From Thermoleophilia bacterium (GTDB lineage: Bacteria > Actinomycetota > Thermoleophilia > UBA2241), in assembly GCA_040772045.1 (NCBI GenBank), contig JAXGYV010000011.1:12484-76483 (forward strand): 64,000 nucleotides of DNA, in the 5' to 3' direction. This document shows, in pieces, positions 1-10,634 of this stretch. Under the pieces are notes generated by a model, which saw only the letters and a program-made list of their open reading frames with translations, was not told where the DNA came from and ran no database searches. The translations under genes were made by a program, and so were the position numbers. Position 1 is the first letter of the stretch; each line of letters begins with the position of its first letter.

Positions 1-720
1 CCCGAGCGCCGTGACCGCCACGATGTTGAACACCAGAGACCAGATGAACGCCCCAGACCACACCGGCGAGCCAGCGGACGTGAACAGCGCGATCACGAGG
101 AGAGGTGGCGAGCCGAGGATCATCTGCCAGGCCGCGAGGGAGAGCACATCGACGTCGTGGTGACGGCGCTGGATCACTTTGACGAGCGCCGAACCGATCG
201 CCCACAACAAGCCCCCCGCTACGGCGAGCAGCGTCGTCGTCAAGCCGCGCAGCTCCCAAGGGCGCAGGATCAGCAGGAAACCGACGAGCGCCATGGACGT
301 GGCGCACCACTCGCTTCCTCGCAGCCCCTCACCCAGGAAGAGCCAGGCGATCACCAACAGCCAGAACGGCATGGTGAAGGTGAGCACGGCGATCTTCCCG
401 CCACCGCTCTCTAGGGCCCACAGGGAGAGACAGACGAAACCGGTGGTCTGCAGCAGCCCCACGATCGTGGTGAGGCCAACGGCGGGCGGGCGGAGGGGCC
501 GCCGCAGCACGATGAGCGCGGCGAACAGCGCCGCCGCGCCGGGGAGCGTACGGAGAACGGCGAAGGTGAGCGGCTCCGAGAAGCGCAGGCTTACCTTCAT
601 CACCACCCAGTTGTAACCCCAGATGATCGCCAAGAGCGCCAAGGCGCCGCTGGCCACCGCCGTAGACGCACGCGATGAGCGCGCGGCGCCAGACGCGCGG
701 CGAACACGCCTCTCCGGCAC
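1..720 (-). CDS. EamA/DMT-family transporter permease (3' end runs off the window; start approximate)
   Basis: Own minus-strand translation has no stop from ~720 down to position 1 and gives hydrophobic TM segments (AVASGALALLAIIWGYNWVV..., ILGSPPLLVIALFTSAGSPVWSGAFIWSLVFNIVAVTALG), typical of EamA/DMT duplicated permeases. The six-frame track misses it because the start is a GTG near 720. Confidence 0.5.
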   Translation of the reverse strand, partial: MPERRVRRASGAARSSRASTAVASGALALLAIIWGYNWVVMKVSLRFSEPLTFAVLRTLPGAAALFAALIVLRRPLRPPAVGLTTIVGLLQTTGFVCLSLWALESGGGKIAVLTFTMPFWLLVIAWLFLGEGLRGSEWCATSMALVGFLLILRPWELRGLTTTLLAVAGGLLWAIGSALVKVIQRRHHDVDVLSLAAWQMILGSPPLLVIALFTSAGSPVWSGAFIWSLVFNIVAVTALG

Positions 721-868
721 GTTCCTCCCGCGAGCAATCTCGACTCCCTCTTGGGCTACCGCTTTGCCTACGCCTCTCCCAGAGCCAGTGGACCACCGTG
801 CTTCCCCTCCATTTCCAACCGCTGGGGAAGATCGTTGGCCCTCTGCGCCGCTCGTTCCCGAGCTCTCC

Positions 869-1687
869 TCAAGCAACTCCTGTGTAACAGCAGCCGAACT
901 CCCGCATTGTGTACGGAGCCGGACGCGTAGATGAGCCGGCGGCAGCCATCACGAAGGCGGCGCGGAGCACGGGCCGGCCAGTGGCCTGCCACACGGCGAG
1001 CGCGTAGCCTCCAGCCTGCAGTTCGTACCGGCGACGGACACGCGCCTCATCTGGAACGCTATCGGTCTTGTAATCTACCACCACCCAACCGTCCGGTGCT
1101 TCGTAGAGGTCGCAGAAACCCTGGAGCACCAGGGGCTCGCTCGCCGGGCCGTCGTCGATCCGCGCGCAGAGCGGCACCTCGCGGAACATGCGCGGCGAGG
1201 CAGCGGCATGGCGGACCGGCGCGCTGAGCCAGCAGCCCTGCGCCATGCCCACGAGCCGCTCCACCCATGCGCGCGCCTGTACTCCCTCACCGCGCGAGGT
1301 CCTCGGCGGCCGCCACGGCCAGCGCCTCCATCTGCTCGGCGATCTCCGCCGGCACACGGACAGCATCCGGCACTCCAAGCGATACGATCTCCATGATGCG
1401 ATGCACCGTCGCGCCGGCAGCGAGCGTCGCGCGCCGCGCCGCGGCCAGCGAGGCGCGCTCGTGGCCGCTCGGCGCCTCGGCCTCGCCGAGGTCGAGGTCC
1501 TCCATGGAGAACCGGCGAGACCGCCGCCCGCGGACGAGCGGCCGCGCTCGCGACTTCCTTTAGCCGCCGGCCCCAGGCTTCGCGCAGCGCAGGCGCGCCG
1601 TTCCTCGCCCGGCTCTCCCGACTCGGCGCGCGGCGCGGCCTCTCCCGCCGGCAGGATCACGGCGCCATCCTGCATGCCGACGGTCAC
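869..1687 (-). pseudogene. C-terminal RecB-type nuclease region of the AddA-like gene, spread over several frames
   Basis: Frame C (1189 down to 869) carries the PD-(D/E)XK nuclease motifs VVVDYKTD and QxxxY. Frame B (1287..1505) and frame B again (1767..2000, helicase motif VI EASERRRLLYVAATR) also read as real protein. At least four frame switches fall between 2000 and 1200. Confidence 0.6.
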
Positions 1688-4371
1688 GCCCCCGGGTCCG
1701 GCAGCCAGCTCCGCAGCGGCTCGAGCAGCGAGCCGCTGCCGTTCCTCGGCCAGCCCGGAAGCATGATCACCAGCAGATCCATGGCCGCGTCGCCGCCACG
1801 TAGAGCAGCCGGCGCCGCTCGCTGGCCTCCATGGCCTTCTCGGCCTCCGCGGCCGTCGGCGTACGCCGAGCTCGCGGCCGGCAGCTTGCCCGCCGCCCGC
1901 TCATCTGGCGAAGCGGCTCGCGCGAGGCTGAAGGAGAGTTCACAGCGCCCGCGACGCCGGTCGAACAGCACGCGCGTCTCGTCTCGGCCACCGCCGGCAC
2001 GCGACCAGGCGTCGGCGATCACCACGATGGGGAACTCGAGCCCCTTGGCGCCGTGCACGGTGAGCACGCGGACCTCGTCCCCCCCGTCGTCCACGGTCGA
2101 CTCGATCTCCGCGGCGGCCGTCCCCTGCTCCTGCGCCCACTTCACGAACGTCGACAAGGTGACCCCCTCCTCGGTCGAGAACGCGCGTGCCACCTGCCGC
2201 AACTTGCGGAGGTTGGCCAGCGCCTGGCCGGCGCGGTCCCCCCACGCCGCCGCCGCCTCGAAGGCCCACGTCCGCCGCAGCAGATCGTCCAGGATCACGT
2301 CGATCGGACGGCCGTGCGCGCTCTCGTGCACGGCGCGCAGGGTGGCGAGAGCCGCGCAGATCTCCGCGTCGGCACCCGACGGCTGTTCCGCGAAGTAGTC
2401 GAACCGCCCTCCGGCGACGTGGAACAGGTAGAGACGCTGGTCCGCGAAGCCGAACAGCGTGGAGTGCAGCGCCCCGTACACGGCCAGCGGATCGGCACTA
2501 TCGGCCACGGCCCTGAGGCCCAAGAGGGTGTCGCGTACCTCACGCCGGCGGTAGAACATCTTGCCCGCCTCGATTCGGTACGGGATGCCCGCTTCGCGCA
2601 GCGCCTGTTCCAGCGCGCTGAGATCGATGGCCGCCCGGATGAGCACGGCCACATCGCCCCATCGCGCCGGCCGCCACTGCTCGCCGCTACCCTGCGGCGC
2701 ATCGGACTCGCGCTCACGGACGGACCACCCCTGCTCCCGGATGCCCTGAATCAGCAGCCGCGCCAGAGCCTCGGCTTCGGCGCGGCGCAGCTCCTCCGCC
2801 CGCGGTTCGACGGAAGGGCCGCAGACCACGGCCACGCGAGGCGCCGCATCTCCCGGCGCGGCGGCGAGGCTTTCCGGCTCCGGCCGAAACGCCGCCAGCG
2901 GCACGTACTCCGGCTGGCGGCGCGGTGCCGCGTCCTCGCCAATGACCGTCTCGAACACCTGGTTCACCCACGTAACAACGGACGGTACGGTACGGAAGTT
3001 CTGGCTGATCGAGAGGAGCTCGCCGCCGTTGCGCAGGATGAGGTCTTTCACGTCGTCGTACATGCCGATGTCGGCGCGGCGAAAGCGGTAGATGGATTGC
3101 TTGGGGTCGCCGACCACGAAGAGCTTGCCCGGTTTGAGGGCTACCTCGCGCCAGTCCGCCGCGCGCGCGCCGTCTTCCGCCAGCAGCAAGACGATCTCGG
3201 CCTGCAGCGGATCGGTGTCCTGGAACTCATCGATGAGGATGTAGTCGAACGCCTGCTGCCAGCGTTCCCGCAGACCTCGATGGGCCCGCACGGCATCGCG
3301 CAGCCGGCCGAGGAGATCGGCGAAGTCCAGATAGCCACGCTGGAGCTGCGCGCGAGCCGCCCACTCTCCGAAGGTACGCGCTGTACGTAGGATGTCTTCG
3401 GCCAGCGCGGCACCGTACTCCTCGAGGATGCTTTCCCTCAGCGCCCGCACGGCGGCACAGCGCTCCTGGAAAGCATCCTTCCCCTCTTTGCCACCCCAGT
3501 TCTTGGCCACTCCGGCCTTCGGAGAGACCACGGGCAGGGATGCCACGGCGGCCACCAGCCGATGGATACTGCCCTGCCGCGCCCCGCGCACCCTGTCGGC
3601 CTGCGCGCCACAGTCGAGCGCCGCCAGAAAGCCCTTGTCCTCGTGATCGCCGCACATCGCACAGGCGAATGCCGTCTGCTCTTCCAACGCCAGCACGAGC
3701 TCATCGGCGGAGGCGAGGAGGCTTTGCCGCGCTCCGGCTAGGCCACTCGCCCCTCCCGGGGGATCGCCAGCTCGCAAGTCGAACCGGTCGCTGAACAGGC
3801 GCCGGGCCGCGGCGTACAGGACGCCGACGGCCATTCCCGCCTCCAGCAGCGTACTCACAGCCTCCCGGCTGGTGGCCAGCGCCCCATCTCCTGCTGCCGC
3901 GTGCCCCTCCGCCTCAGGTTGGAGCACCAGCGCCAGCCACTCGTCCCACAGCCGGTCGAACAGCAATCGTCCGCCGAGTGCGTCGAGCTGCTTGAACGCG
4001 GGGTCCACGCCCGCCTCCAGAGGCGACTCCCGCAGGAGGCGCGCCGCGAAGGCGTGGATAGTCGAGATAGGCGCTTGATCGATGTCGCGGAGCGCCTCGC
4101 GCAGAACACACCAGCGCTCCGACCGCGGCTCTGAGCGCTCGACCAGCGAGCGGAGCCTGGCTCGCACGCGCAGGCGGAGCTCGCCGGCCGCCTTATCCGT
4201 GAAGGTGATGGCTACCACGCGGCGCACGGACCCGCAGGCCAGAAGACACGATACGAACCGCTCCACCAGGAGCCTCGTCTTGCCCGTACCGGCCCCGGCT
4301 TCCACCAGGAAGGTGGTCTGCAGATCGCTCAGCGCGCGCGTGCGAGCGGCCTGGTCGCAGGGCTCACGCAT
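1684..4371 (-). CDS. addA: AddA/UvrD-family helicase-nuclease, helicase portion (intact frame)
   Basis: N-terminal Walker A (TFLVEAGAGTGKTRLL), UvrD motifs (VVAITFTDKAAGELR, DEFQDTD, VGDPKQSIYRFR, LTVHGAKGLEFPIV). Overlaps the AddB-like gene end by 8 nt. The frame degenerates near the 3' end. Confidence 0.8.
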   Translation of the reverse strand: MREPCDQAARTRALSDLQTTFLVEAGAGTGKTRLLVERFVSCLLACGSVRRVVAITFTDKAAGELRLRVRARLRSLVERSEPRSERWCVLREALRDIDQAPISTIHAFAARLLRESPLEAGVDPAFKQLDALGGRLLFDRLWDEWLALVLQPEAEGHAAAGDGALATSREAVSTLLEAGMAVGVLYAAARRLFSDRFDLRAGDPPGGASGLAGARQSLLASADELVLALEEQTAFACAMCGDHEDKGFLAALDCGAQADRVRGARQGSIHRLVAAVASLPVVSPKAGVAKNWGGKEGKDAFQERCAAVRALRESILEEYGAALAEDILRTARTFGEWAARAQLQRGYLDFADLLGRLRDAVRAHRGLRERWQQAFDYILIDEFQDTDPLQAEIVLLLAEDGARAADWREVALKPGKLFVVGDPKQSIYRFRRADIGMYDDVKDLILRNGGELLSISQNFRTVPSVVTWVNQVFETVIGEDAAPRRQPEYVPLAAFRPEPESLAAAPGDAAPRVAVVCGPSVEPRAEELRRAEAEALARLLIQGIREQGWSVRERESDAPQGSGEQWRPARWGDVAVLIRAAIDLSALEQALREAGIPYRIEAGKMFYRRREVRDTLLGLRAVADSADPLAVYGALHSTLFGFADQRLYLFHVAGGRFDYFAEQPSGADAEICAALATLRAVHESAHGRPIDVILDDLLRRTWAFEAAAAWGDRAGQALANLRKLRQVARAFSTEEGVTLSTFVKWAQEQGTAAAEIESTVDDGGDEVRVLTVHGAKGLEFPIVVIADAWSRAGGGRDETRVLFDRRRGRCELSFSLARAASPDERAAGKLPAASSAYADGRGGREGHGGQRAAPAALRGGDAAMDLLVIMLPGWPRNGSGSLLEPLRSWLPDPGA

Positions 4372-6421
4372 CCGTGGCCCCCTCTGCTTGCCTCGCCGTT
4401 GACGACGACTCCGCCGCGGACGCAGACCATGGCCGCCGCAGCGCCGCCAGGCGGCCGAACGCCGGGTGGGCGCGCTTGCGCCTCTGCGTGAGCTTCAGCT
4501 CGTCGCAGGCATACGCCACAGGGCACCAGTCGCACGACCGCTCGTTCCAGGCGAGCCGTGGAAACACGCCCGCCTCCACAAGGCGCAGGATGCCGTCTAC
4601 CGTGTCGGCGAGCTGCTCGAGCACCATGGCCTCATCTGCCGGCAGCACGACCTCCGCGAGCTCCCGCCGCCGCGTGACCATGCGGAAGGCGCACGAGACG
4701 TCGGCGGCCTGCCGCCCTTCCGCCCGCGCACGCACCGCCAACCGGTAGACGGGGAGCTGTACGTTGCGCCCCGCCTCCACCTGCTCCTGCTCGCCTCTCC
4801 CCCTCCCCGTCTTGTAGTCGAGCACGCGCAGCCGGCGACCGTCGGCGCCGCGGTCCACCCGATCGATGCGGCCGCGGAACGACACCGTGCGGCCATCCGG
4901 AAGCTCCAGCGAAACCGCGGGGGCCTGCTCGCCGAACACGCTCTCCAGCAGCCACGGCTGCGGCCCTTCCGGCTCCGCCCACACGGGATCCTGCGCGACC
5001 GCGAGCGAGAGATCCTCGGCCATCCGCGCTTGTTCGATGCGCCACACCAGCGGCATACCCAGAGCGCCGCGCTCTTCCGCCACGCGACACTCCTCGGCGA
5101 CCAGAGCCGGTACCATGCTCACCGCCTCCTCTCGCCCAGCTCCGTCGCGCACCCGCGAGAACACCCGCTGGAGCACGCGATGGACGATCCTCCCCACCTC
5201 GCGTCGATCGGTCTCCACCAGCGGGTCGGCGGGCTCGAGCGGCTCGATCATCAGCACGTAGAGCACGTAGTACGCGAACGGGCACTCCAGATACTGCTGG
5301 AGCGCCGTGGGCGCCTGTGGGGTTGCCGGCCGCGCCGTGGCCGCGAGCTTCTGGCGAGCACGGTGGGAGTAGAACACGCCGTCCCACGACAGCGCTCCGG
5401 CGAACACGCCGCTCAACCGTCGGCCGAGGAGCCGCCGCGCGGTGGGCGCGCCGCACACGCGCTCCAGATACCGCCGCGGAGCCGTAGCCGCGCCGCGGCG
5501 GCGCGCGCTCTGCGAGAGCGCCAGCAGCAGGGCCACATCTAGGTCGCGCAGGTCGGCGGACGCGCCGACGACGTCGACCGCGCCGCCCGCGAGCGGCTGA
5601 GGGCCCGAGGCCGCCCGCCGCAAACCCGCGGCGGCGGGCGGCGGGCAGACGAAGTCCTCGGCCGCGACGGTTCGGCCGGTAAGCTCCTCTGCGAGCTCGA
5701 CCGCCGCGCGCGCGGGCTGGCGCTCCGCGCCGGCGGCGTCCCGACGAGGCACGTAGCCGACGAAGGAGCGCAGGGCAGCCTGGCGAGCCAGCGCGAACAG
5801 CGTATCCGCCTCGGACTCTCCTCCGCCCGGCTCCGCTAGATGCACCGCGAAGAGGCGCGCCAGGCGCTCCCTCTCCCGATCACAGAGGAGAGGATCGCCG
5901 CCGCGCGAGGGAGGAAAGCCACCGGAGCACAGCCCGGTGAAGTGCACCTCGGCGAAGCGCAGCCCGCGGAGCTCGTGTGGCGTCAGCACGGCCACGCCGT
6001 GCCGCGCGACCGCGCCGCAAGGCTCGCGCACTCCGCGGAGTCGCTCCCCGATTACGCGAGCGGCCTCCGCCACCGAGACAGCCTCCTCGACCGTCGCGCA
6101 GCGACGCAGCTCCGTGATCGCGAGCACGGCGGGATCGTCGGGCGACGCCGCGCACACTTCGTGAGCGAGGCGGACGAAGGCGGCGGCCATCTGATCCCAC
6201 GGCGCCACGGCGGGAAGGCCAGCCACCGCCTGCTGCACCCGGCCCACGAAGACACTGAGCCCGTCCACGGCCGCCCGCTGGCGCCGCAGCCGCCGCCAGT
6301 CATCGCCAGCCACTACCCCGGCCTGACGTGACTCCTCTGCCCACCTGGCGACCTCGTCGCCGCGAAGCACCCCGCCGCGGCCATGCCTTGCGCGTACGCG
6401 AGGAGCGCCGCTCGCTGCCAC
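4364..6421 (-). CDS. addB: AddB-like helicase-nuclease subunit, C-terminal part (PD-(D/E)XK nuclease with Cys cluster)
   Basis: C-terminal CDWCPVAYAC (CxxCx5C iron-staple motif of AddB/RexB-type nucleases). Overlaps the upstream ORF in another frame. Confidence 0.7.
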   Translation of the reverse strand: MAASGAPRVRARHGRGGVLRGDEVARWAEESRQAGVVAGDDWRRLRRQRAAVDGLSVFVGRVQQAVAGLPAVAPWDQMAAAFVRLAHEVCAASPDDPAVLAITELRRCATVEEAVSVAEAARVIGERLRGVREPCGAVARHGVAVLTPHELRGLRFAEVHFTGLCSGGFPPSRGGDPLLCDRERERLARLFAVHLAEPGGGESEADTLFALARQAALRSFVGYVPRRDAAGAERQPARAAVELAEELTGRTVAAEDFVCPPPAAAGLRRAASGPQPLAGGAVDVVGASADLRDLDVALLLALSQSARRRGAATAPRRYLERVCGAPTARRLLGRRLSGVFAGALSWDGVFYSHRARQKLAATARPATPQAPTALQQYLECPFAYYVLYVLMIEPLEPADPLVETDRREVGRIVHRVLQRVFSRVRDGAGREEAVSMVPALVAEECRVAEERGALGMPLVWRIEQARMAEDLSLAVAQDPVWAEPEGPQPWLLESVFGEQAPAVSLELPDGRTVSFRGRIDRVDRGADGRRLRVLDYKTGRGRGEQEQVEAGRNVQLPVYRLAVRARAEGRQAADVSCAFRMVTRRRELAEVVLPADEAMVLEQLADTVDGILRLVEAGVFPRLAWNERSCDWCPVAYACDELKLTQRRKRAHPAFGRLAALRRPWSASAAESSSTARQAEGATDA

Positions 6422-7485
6422 GCCTCCCCGGCGGCGGGAAAGGCCGCCTCCAGCAGGCTCCCCAGCGACACGCAGCCACCGCTCGACGGGGGCAGCCGGC
6501 GTGCCACGGGAAACCCCAGCGTCCGGAGGCCGCGCGCGAGGTGGTCCGCGCGCTGCTCGCTCGGCGCCACCACGGCGATCTCGTGAAAGCGCCGGCCCTC
6601 GCCAGCCGACCGGCGCAGCGCGCGCGCCACCTCGATCAGCTCGTCTTCGTCGTCGCCCACAGACACGAGCTCCGCCGCCGCCAACGCCGTCGCCGGCAGA
6701 GCATTCGCCCGCAGGCCGAGCTCAGCGAAGAAGCGCCACCCCGAGGCCGTGTAGCCCTGCCCGTCCTGCGGGGAAGGCAGGAAGACCGTCGTCTCACACA
6801 CGCCGGCCAGGACGGCCAGCAGCTCGCGCTGGCATTCCGGCAGATCGTACAGGCCGTAAACGAACGCTACGGCGGGGAGTGCGAGAACGTCGCCATCGTT
6901 CTCCACGAGGGTGCCGCGCTCGGAGATGCTCCCGTGGGGTGTACGCGCGCGCAGCGCCCGCGCTGCGCGCGCGTACACCCCCGCGCGATCGGCCGCATCG
7001 GCCTCGTGCAGCGCCGCCTCGTAAGCGATGAGAGCGCGGCGCACATCGGCCACCCGTTCGCCACAGCCGTCCCACGGCCTGTCGGCCGGCACTCGCGCCT
7101 CACGAAGGTCCTCGATGCTGCGCAGAAACGCGGGCACCAGACCCGGCATACCTCGCAGCGACCCGAACGAGCTCTCCGGCGACGCGGTCACACTGGCGAC
7201 AACCCGCTCGCCGAGACGCAGGCGAGCCTCGTCTGTGAGCACGTGATCGGCACGCAGCCCGCTGCGCTGTGCGAGGTCGAGAGCAAACCGATAGATGGTA
7301 ATCGCGCGCACGTTCGCGTGGCCACCGAGCCGCTCGGCGAGCAACCAGGAGAGGTACGTGGCCAGCGCGGCGGAACCGACGATCAGAGTGACCGGAGCGA
7401 GCGCATCCCGCTCGCGGACTGCCTGGACCTCCGCGGTGAGCGCGGCCTCCAGTGTTCCCAGATCACCGGTGTAGAGATACCCCAT
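6313..7485 (-). CDS. addB: AddB-like subunit, N-terminal part (degenerate ATP-binding region); frame-shifted relative to 4364..6421
   Basis: The 390-aa ORF ends inside the start of the 685-aa ORF in a different frame. Together they are ~1040 aa, the size of AddB/RexB. No P-loop is recognisable. Confidence 0.55.
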   Translation of the reverse strand: MGYLYTGDLGTLEAALTAEVQAVRERDALAPVTLIVGSAALATYLSWLLAERLGGHANVRAITIYRFALDLAQRSGLRADHVLTDEARLRLGERVVASVTASPESSFGSLRGMPGLVPAFLRSIEDLREARVPADRPWDGCGERVADVRRALIAYEAALHEADAADRAGVYARAARALRARTPHGSISERGTLVENDGDVLALPAVAFVYGLYDLPECQRELLAVLAGVCETTVFLPSPQDGQGYTASGWRFFAELGLRANALPATALAAAELVSVGDDEDELIEVARALRRSAGEGRRFHEIAVVAPSEQRADHLARGLRTLGFPVARRLPPSSGGCVSLGSLLEAAFPAAGEAWQRAALLAYAQGMAAAGCFAATRSPGGQRSHVRPG

Positions 7486-7568
7486 GGGGCTAGCTTACCG
7501 ATCGCGCCAGACGGCAACCTCAGGGGTGTGAGCGAACGGCGCACGCCAGCCCGCCTCCGGTGGCTGCA

Positions 7569-7943
7569 TCAGTGCGTCACAACCCACACGAGCAGCCACA
7601 GCACGGTCGGCGCCATGGCCGCCACCGACCACATCAAAGCCGCGCGAGCCGCACGGCGAACAGCCGTGAAAGCGCCGATACCCCCTAGCACAAATCCCGC
7701 CGCCATACCGAGCCAGCCGAGCACGTAAACGACCCATTCAACCGGTCCGGCGGGCAGGCCGTTCTCGGTGTTCAGGTGAGAGGTGAAGATGTAGATGCCG
7801 AGGATGCCGACCGAGAACATGAACAGCCCGCCGACACCCGCAGCCAGCCCCACCTTCCGCAGGCGACCCACCGGGACGTAGTCGTTGATGCAACTCGCCC
7901 AGGGGTACCGCAGCCTCTCTTGCGCTGTCAGCGGCCGAGCCAT
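7569..7943 (-). CDS. small integral membrane protein (3-4 TM)
   Basis: Hydrophobic stretches GLAAGVGGLFMFSVGILGIYIF and WVVYVLGWLGMAAGFVLGGIGAF. Confidence 0.5.
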   Translation of the reverse strand: MARPLTAQERLRYPWASCINDYVPVGRLRKVGLAAGVGGLFMFSVGILGIYIFTSHLNTENGLPAGPVEWVVYVLGWLGMAAGFVLGGIGAFTAVRRAARAALMWSVAAMAPTVLWLLVWVVTH

Positions 7944-8050
7944 GCAGGCTCCTTCCAGTTACCAAAGAGGTGTTCCGAAGGATATGCGCAGCCATCGCGA
8001 CCTTCAACCATAGAGCTTCGACAGGCCGAGCCCTCACCGCGCATACGCCG

Positions 8051-8587
8051 CTACGGTGCGGTGAGGGCCGCGATCAGCTCCCCCTCGTCGGGGCAGCTCT
8101 TCAGAAGCTCCGTGCGCCCCGCGACCCGGAAGTCGGCGAACTCGAAACCCGGCGTCACCAAGCAGGAGACGAGCGCCCACGAGCATCCCCCGGGTCTCAC
8201 ACGAGCTGCCTGCCATACCCCCGCCGGCACACACGCTTGTGGCACGGCTTGCTCGCCACCGGCACCGCTCTGGACCCTATCGAGGAGGAGGCGGCGCGCT
8301 CCGGTACCGCCGGACAGCAACAGCAGCTCGAGCGGCGCGCCGCCGTGGTGCAGCCACAGCTCATCCGACAGCAGCCGGTGAAACAGGCTTGGTCGCTCCA
8401 CCGTCACCAGGAATAAGATGGCCGTGGCCGAGGAGCGTGTGCCCCTGGACGTACACACGTGCGACGCGGCGCGGTACGTCTCGCGATAGTACCCGCCCTC
8501 GGGATGAGGCAGTAACTCGAATCGATCGATCAGGTCGCGAACCTCGCGGTCGTTGGTGCTCTGCGTGGTGCCCGATGCGTTGCGCAT
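8051..8587 (-). CDS. cupin (DUF985/Cupin_5-like) protein
   Basis: LLPHPEGGYYRETYR motif characteristic of the DUF985 cupin family. Confidence 0.6.
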   Translation of the reverse strand: MRNASGTTQSTNDREVRDLIDRFELLPHPEGGYYRETYRAASHVCTSRGTRSSATAILFLVTVERPSLFHRLLSDELWLHHGGAPLELLLLSGGTGARRLLLDRVQSGAGGEQAVPQACVPAGVWQAARVRPGGCSWALVSCLVTPGFEFADFRVAGRTELLKSCPDEGELIAALTAP

Positions 8588-8663
8588 GCGAGTAGCTTAC
8601 CCCGCCCGGCACTCCATCGCGTCGCTCGCGACGACGCCGGGTGCATCGCGCCGCGGGAGAACA

Positions 8664-8705
8664 ATGGGGGAGGCCCCCCGCGACTCTTCCCGAGTCGCGG
8701 GCCTC

Positions 8706-8708
<3 letters not shown>
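8664..8708 (-). terminator. GC-rich hairpin immediately 3' of rnpB
   Basis: Minus strand reads GGGGAGGCCCGCGACUC-GGGAAGA-GUCGCGGGGGGCCUCCCC followed by CAUUGUUCUC. Confidence 0.5.
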
Positions 8709-9120
<412 letters not shown>

Positions 9121-9475
9121 GTACCACCTTTGCCCGCGAAGAAAACACGCTGAGCAGGCCAAAAGTTCACCGACGCAGCACGAGGCAACGACCAGGGGCC
9201 AGCGCGCGAAGCCGCTGGGAGACGCGAAGGTGCCGCCTATCCGCTGGCTTATCCGGCGATCACCGAATGCGACGGTTGGTGATCTAGCCAGGGTCGGCGG
9301 CTACTGACGCTATGCTATCCTATGAGCCGAGGCTACGGGGCCTCTGTTGTTTTATGCGGTCATACTTCCGCTGCACAATCGTTCGCAGGGGCACCCACAG
9401 CCACTGCTGTGCGTGAGTACGGGGCTCATGAGCGCCACAGCACCCCGTCAGCCGTACGCCAGAAGGAGAGGGACC

Positions 9476-10162
9476 ATGGTCATGAGGCTGCTCGGCTTGA
9501 GCTTTAGCCCTCGCAAGAACAGCAACAGCTCCGCGCTCTTGCGCACCTCCTTTGACCGCCTCCTTGCAACCTACCCTGGCGAAGTGGAATGCGAGACGAT
9601 AGACGTGCGTGAGCTGCACGTTGAGCCCTGCGACGACTGCGACGTATGCGGCAAGAGTAAGGGAGACGGTCGCCACATCCCGTGCATAAGGGCCGAGGAC
9701 GACGATGTGCAGGGAGTCCTCGACAAGATGGTCGCTGCTCACGGCTTCATCGTCGCTACTCCAGTTTACTTCGGTTTGCCCTCAGATCTCTTCTCGAAGT
9801 TCATCATGCGCACCCGGGTGCTCCGCCACCAGGACTTTCGCCTCGCCAACCGCGTAGCTGGCGTTATGGCCATCGCCGCGCGTCGCTCGGGCGGCGCCGA
9901 AACAACCATTCTCTCCACGTGGCTGCCGCTGATACGCAACGGGTGCTTGGTCGTCGGCAACGGCGATCAAACATGCCAGTACGGTGCCATGGGTTGGGCT
10001 AGCGCTCGAAACCACATCCTGACCGACGAGTGGGGCCTCGAACAGGGGTTTCAGGTCGCGCAGCGGGTGTTCACAGTCGCCAAGCTCGTGCAGACCGGCA
10101 TACAAACACTGCATTTCCACAGCCCCATGACGTTCGACTACACATCAGGGACCCGGCCCTAA
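9476..10162 (+). CDS. NADPH-dependent FMN reductase / iron-sulfur flavoprotein (Isf)-like protein
   Basis: LLGLSFSPRK flavodoxin-like FMN-reductase signature. Compact Cys motif CDDCDVCGK...C. AGGAGAG RBS 7 nt upstream of ATG 9476. Confidence 0.7.
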   Translation: MVMRLLGLSFSPRKNSNSSALLRTSFDRLLATYPGEVECETIDVRELHVEPCDDCDVCGKSKGDGRHIPCIRAEDDDVQGVLDKMVAAHGFIVATPVYFGLPSDLFSKFIMRTRVLRHQDFRLANRVAGVMAIAARRSGGAETTILSTWLPLIRNGCLVVGNGDQTCQYGAMGWASARNHILTDEWGLEQGFQVAQRVFTVAKLVQTGIQTLHFHSPMTFDYTSGTRP

Positions 10163-10224
10163 CGCGGACCTCCAACGCAAGAGAGTGGAGGCGTCAAGCG
10201 GGCAATCCAGGAGGACAGAGCACC

Positions 10225-10470
10225 ATGTCGGATGCCGCCATCATCACCGAGTACATCTGCGATGAGCTTCTCAACGGCGAACGCGTCGAGGCAGACACGT
10301 CGCTGTTTCGCACCAAGCTCCTGGATTCCCTCAGCCTCACGAGCTTGATCCTCTTCCTCGAACAACGGTTCGCGGTACGCATTGGCCCCATGGACATCTC
10401 GTACGAGAACCTCGACAGCGTCAGTCTCATCGTGGCCTTCCTGGAGAGGAAGAGGAATGCAACCCCGTGA
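10225..10470 (+). CDS. acyl/peptidyl carrier protein (DltC-like)
   Basis: 81 aa; LDSLSLTSLILFLEQRF with the DSLS phosphopantetheine-attachment serine. GGAGGA RBS. Confidence 0.75.
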   Translation: MSDAAIITEYICDELLNGERVEADTSLFRTKLLDSLSLTSLILFLEQRFAVRIGPMDISYENLDSVSLIVAFLERKRNATP

Positions 10471-10634
10471 CAGGTGGATAAGCCTCACCCCGGCGCGCGC
10501 CGGGAAGAGCCGCCGCCAACATCCGACGCCGTGGTACGTGGCCGGCTTGACTGTTCAGTGCCTCCTTTGGACCCTCGTGTTCATGGCGTTGGTGCTCGTC
10601 GCCCTCGGCGGCCTAGGTCTCACGGAGTTCCGCT

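Noticed and set aside
1831-3390. 519-aa plus-strand ORF antisense to the AddA helicase, plus many 60-270-aa Arg/Ala/Pro-rich ORFs throughout the track
   Set aside because: Their composition is typical of non-coding frames in 70%-GC DNA. All lie antisense or out of frame to genes with clear family motifs.
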